Below, in pieces: positions 59,726 through 64,000 of a DNA stretch of 64,000 bases. The translations under genes and the position numbers were made by a program. Source of the DNA: Octopus sinensis (Eukaryota); contig NC_043004.1 in NCBI RefSeq assembly GCF_006345805.1, positions 69,936,001 through 70,000,000 of the forward strand, in the 5' to 3' direction. Below the pieces are notes generated by a model, which did no database searches, was not told the DNA's origin, and saw only the letters and a list, made by a program, of their open reading frames with translations. The number at the start of each line of letters is the position of its first letter. Positions within the stretch are counted from its first letter, which is position 1.

Positions 59726-62568
59726 TTAATTAAACATGTAGACTATTTGGGCCACATCCAGCCCAAATAGTCTACCATTTTTATGTTCAAACCAAGCAGA
59801 TCCAACTTCTTACACCTACCCTACAATGCCATTTTCAAAATAAACAATTACATTATCAAAAGCTTGAAGATTACATTTGACAGACTAATCTGAATGATAA
59901 TGGGTTATAATTTAACTTCTAACAGCCTCAAAATAACTGATATGAGCACAATTACAGGACCTGTATGTACATGAGCAGCTGAGGCAAGATTTTTTTGTAA
60001 AACACGAGCAGTTACCCATGCCTGCAAGGCTCCCCCCCTTCTTCCATGCCACTGATGTTTATCCAAAGGAAAGCTAACACCATGGGCCAATGCTGCTTGG
60101 CACTAGTGTTGTCATAGGCATTGCTGTCACAGCACAGAGAACTGGAACAAACAGTGCAAGGAATCTCGCCTGATCCTCTGATATCAGTCATTATCACTTA
60201 GCGTCCATATTCCATGCTAGAATGGGTTGGTTGGTTTGACAGGATCAGAAGACTATTTTGGCATGGCTGGATGTCCTTCAGAACAGTTCTGCCAATTCAT
60301 CAACCAGGACTAGTATTATTTTGTCGACCTCCAAAAAAAACTGAAAGGCAAAGTTGATTACAGTAGGATTAGAACTCAAAGTGCTAGAGTTGAAACAAAC
60401 ACCATGAGGTATTCTTCCCAACACTCTATTGACTTTGCCATTTCATTGTCTTATAGGATAATGGTAGTTCTTTTTGTGTTTGTGCACGTCTCCCCAATGA
60501 AGGCACATAGCTTAGTGGTTAGGGGATTCAGATCACAATCACAAAGTCATGAGTTCGATTCCCAGCGGCGCGTTGTGTCCTTGAGCAAGACACTTTATTT
60601 CACGTTGCTCCAGTCCACTGAGCTGGCAAAAATGAAGAGTACCTGTACTTCAAAGGGCCAGCCTTGTCACATTGTGTCATGTTGAATCTCTCTGAAAACA
60701 ACATTAAGGGTACATGTATTCTGTGGAATGCTCAGCCACTTGCATGTTAATTTCATGAGCAGGCTGTTCCAGTGATCGGATCAAGTGGAAGCCTCATTGT
60801 CATAACACATTTGTTATGTCTATTGGGCAAATGTCTATTTTATCCCAGGCCAACCAAAGCCCTAGGAATGGATTTGGTAGACAAAACTGAATTTATATGT
60901 GTATGTGTATATGTGTGCACATGCGTGTGTGTATAGTAAAAAAAGTTACTGTCTCAAGTCATACTGACTCACAAGGGCTAGTTTCATGGTGTATATATTC
61001 CCCACCCAGACAGGATACTGGTTCATCGCAGGATTACTCATTTTTGCCAGCTGAGTGGGGGCTGGAGCAACATGATATAAAGCATTTTGCTCAATAACAC
61101 AACACATTGCCTGATCCAGGAATCAAAACTGCAATCTTACAATCATGAGTCCAACACCCTAACCACTAAGCCATGTACCTCCACCGTGCATGTGTGTTAC
61201 TGTCTCCTTGCTTTGCCCATAGCATTATAAGTGAAAACGAGTGTCACCATCATGCAAGCATTATCCATCACTCTCAATATTCTATGAAAACATGTCTGGT
61301 TAAAGGGAAACACTACCTTACTTGGAAATAGTTGAATGTTGGTCACAGAAAAGGCATCTTGATGTAGAAAATCTGCCTCAACAAAATTCCATCCGACCCA
61401 TGCAAGCATGGAAAAGTGGATGTTAAGGCAATGACACTGCGATTATAATTCCAACTGTTTTTACCACTACATGGTTTGTCTAGACTAATAATAATAATGG
61501 TTTCAAATTTTGCCACAAAGGCAGTAATTTTGGGGGTGAAGTATAGTCAATTACATTGACCCCAGTACTTGACTGGTACTTTATCTATCGGTCCCGAAAG
61601 GATGAAAGGAAAAGTTGACATCAGCGGAATTTGAACTCAGAATATAGTGCAGACGAAATACCACAAAGCATTTTACCTGGCATGCTAATGATTCTGCCAG
61701 TATGCTACCTTAATATTAATAATAATAATAATAGCTTCAAATTTTGGCACAGGACCAGCAATTTTGGGGGAATGGAGACGAGTTGATTAGATCAACCCCA
61801 GTGATCAACAAGTAGTTGTTTTATTGACCCCAAAAGGATGAAAGGCAAAGTCGACCTTGGCAGAATTTGAACTCAGAACATAAAGATGGACAAAATGCTG
61901 CTAAGCATTTTGCCTGGTGTGCTAACGATTCTGCCAGTTTGCAATCTTAATAATAATAATAATAAATAATAATAACAACAACAAAAACAACAAACATTTT
62001 TTCAGTCAATTGCAAGGTAGTCATATTACACCTAAGTGTTATTTTAACAAGACGCGCCAAGGTAATTAGTTTTAATGAAATAGAAGTTAGGTTTCTAGTG
62101 ATGAACTCAACAGACAGAAATAACCAAGATATATATATGGAGGATAAAATGTCAAAGATGAATGCTGAATATAATTGAAATGCAAGGATTATTTTTGCAA
62201 CAAGATTTCTTCTTTAGAAAATAATGCTGAGAGAGGAACTGATTGGCACCGAAATAAATGGCAGTGAAATTGAAACTTGTTGCTTATCAAGAGAGAATGA
62301 ATTAAGAACATTTAATGTAGGTGCAAAATGTTAAGGACATCTTTTTTTTTACTTTTTGCATGTTTCGGTCATTTGACTGTGGCCATGCTAGGGCATGCTT
62401 TAATGGGTTCAGCTGAGCAAATGTGCCCAGCATTTATTCTTTAAGCCTAGTATTTACTCTATTGATCACTTTTGCTGAACTGTTAACTTACAGGGATGTA
62501 AACAAACCAACACCAGTTGTCAAGCAATGATGGAGAAGCAAAATATACAAACATGCACACACACACAA

Positions 62569-62613
<45 letters not shown>

Positions 62614-63444
62614 CACACACATATAAACATACACATTCAGGGGCTATAATAGAAGACACTTGCCCAAGGTGTCATGCAGTAGGACTGAACCCAAAATCAC
62701 AGTTGCAAAGTGAGGTTCTTAACCACACAACCTTACTAATGACCTGTCATCAAAAGGTTTGTTTAAACAAACAAACAGTATATGATGATGGTGTTAGTAA
62801 AAAATTTATATTGTGCAACAATTGAAAATGGTGTTTGTACATTGTAAAGTTGCATATAACAAGATGGTTATGTTCTGTGGCTATATTTTATGTCTGTGCA
62901 TTTTCTTGCTTTACATCCATTTTTCCATGCCAGCATGAGTCAGATGAATAGGTATTGAAATACTGTTTAACAGCTGGATGCTACAAGAATATTAGCAACA
63001 GTATGAGAAAAACTGATTTGAAGTTTCTGTACATACCAGTACCGTTTCAAAGAATACAAAGTAAAAGACAGATTTACAACAGCTATGTTTGGAAACCAGA
63101 AGTTAAAATCTTTGGTCCACCCTAGAATAAGGAGTTTCTCATGTTACTCTTTTTCTTACTTCAGTCGTATGACTGCAGCCAAACTGGAGCCTCAACTCAA
63201 GGATTTTAGCTACTTTTTATTTTTATTTATCTTCCATTACTTATTGAGCAGAAAGCAAAATTACATGATAATAGGCGCAGGAGTGGCTGTGTGGTAAGTA
63301 GCTTGCTAACCAACCACATGGTTCCGGGTTTAGTCCCACTGCGTGGCATCTTGGGCAAGTGTCTTCTGCTATAGCCCTGGACCGACCAATGCCTTGTGAT
63401 TGGATTTGGTAGATGGAAACTGAAAGAAGCCTGTCGTATATATG

Positions 63445-63519
<75 letters not shown>

Positions 63520-64000
63520 ATGTGTGTGTGTTTGTCCCCCTAGCATTGCTTGACAACCGATGCTGGTGTGTTTACGTCCCCGTCACTTAGCGGTTCGGCA
63601 AAAGAGACTGATAGAATAAGTACTAGGCTTACAAAGAATAAGTCCTGGGGTTGATTTGCTCGACTAAAGGCGGTGCTCCAGCATGGCTGCAGTCATATGA
63701 CTGAAACAAGTAAATGAGAGTAAAGAGATAAAATGGCTTACGCAAGACCTATGGTTACCAAATACCTCTGTCAGTGAGCTAAACGTGAAGTGAAAAGGAC
63801 ACAATCCAATGCTTAAACCGCATATGTGTGTATAGTGACCTTAAATGCACTGGTCACATGTCCAATTTCATTTTGTTGTCATAGGTAGAAAACGACAGAG
63901 TTGTTAGAGCATCAAAGAGTGTTTCATGGTATTTGTTCTGAACCTCTGCACTCTGAGTTCAAATCCAAGTATTGTCAAATTTACCTGTCATCCTTTTGGG

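Overview
Eukaryotic, AT-rich, microsatellite- and SINE-dense genomic DNA; the repeat families suggest an octopus or other coleoid cephalopod (inferred, not proven). Most of the window is one minus-strand gene, KIFAP3/KAP3 (kinesin-II accessory armadillo-repeat subunit). I traced 16 phase-consistent coding exons by hand, from 48883 down to the TAG stop at 2009-2011 (2473 nt, about 823 aa). The short first coding exon was not found and probably lies beyond the right edge. Two introns are minor-spliceosome (U12) type, one AT-AC and one GT-AG, and they share the same branch-point 12-mer. The introns hold a full-length dead mariner, four tRNA/RTE-related SINE-like families, piggyBac-, hAT- and Helentron-type MITEs, and LINE/Penelope fragments. 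Most notable: minimal hammerhead ribozymes, one of them sense to KIFAP3 and buried in a 117-bp hairpin; a hAT MITE filled with copies of neighbouring intron DNA; a roughly 1.1-kb tandem duplication with a chimeric SINE at the junction; and candidate alternative micro-exons in the KAP3 tail. Nearly all ORFs in the supplied track are spurious repeat readings. Repeat boundaries are approximate unless TIR/TSD positions are given.
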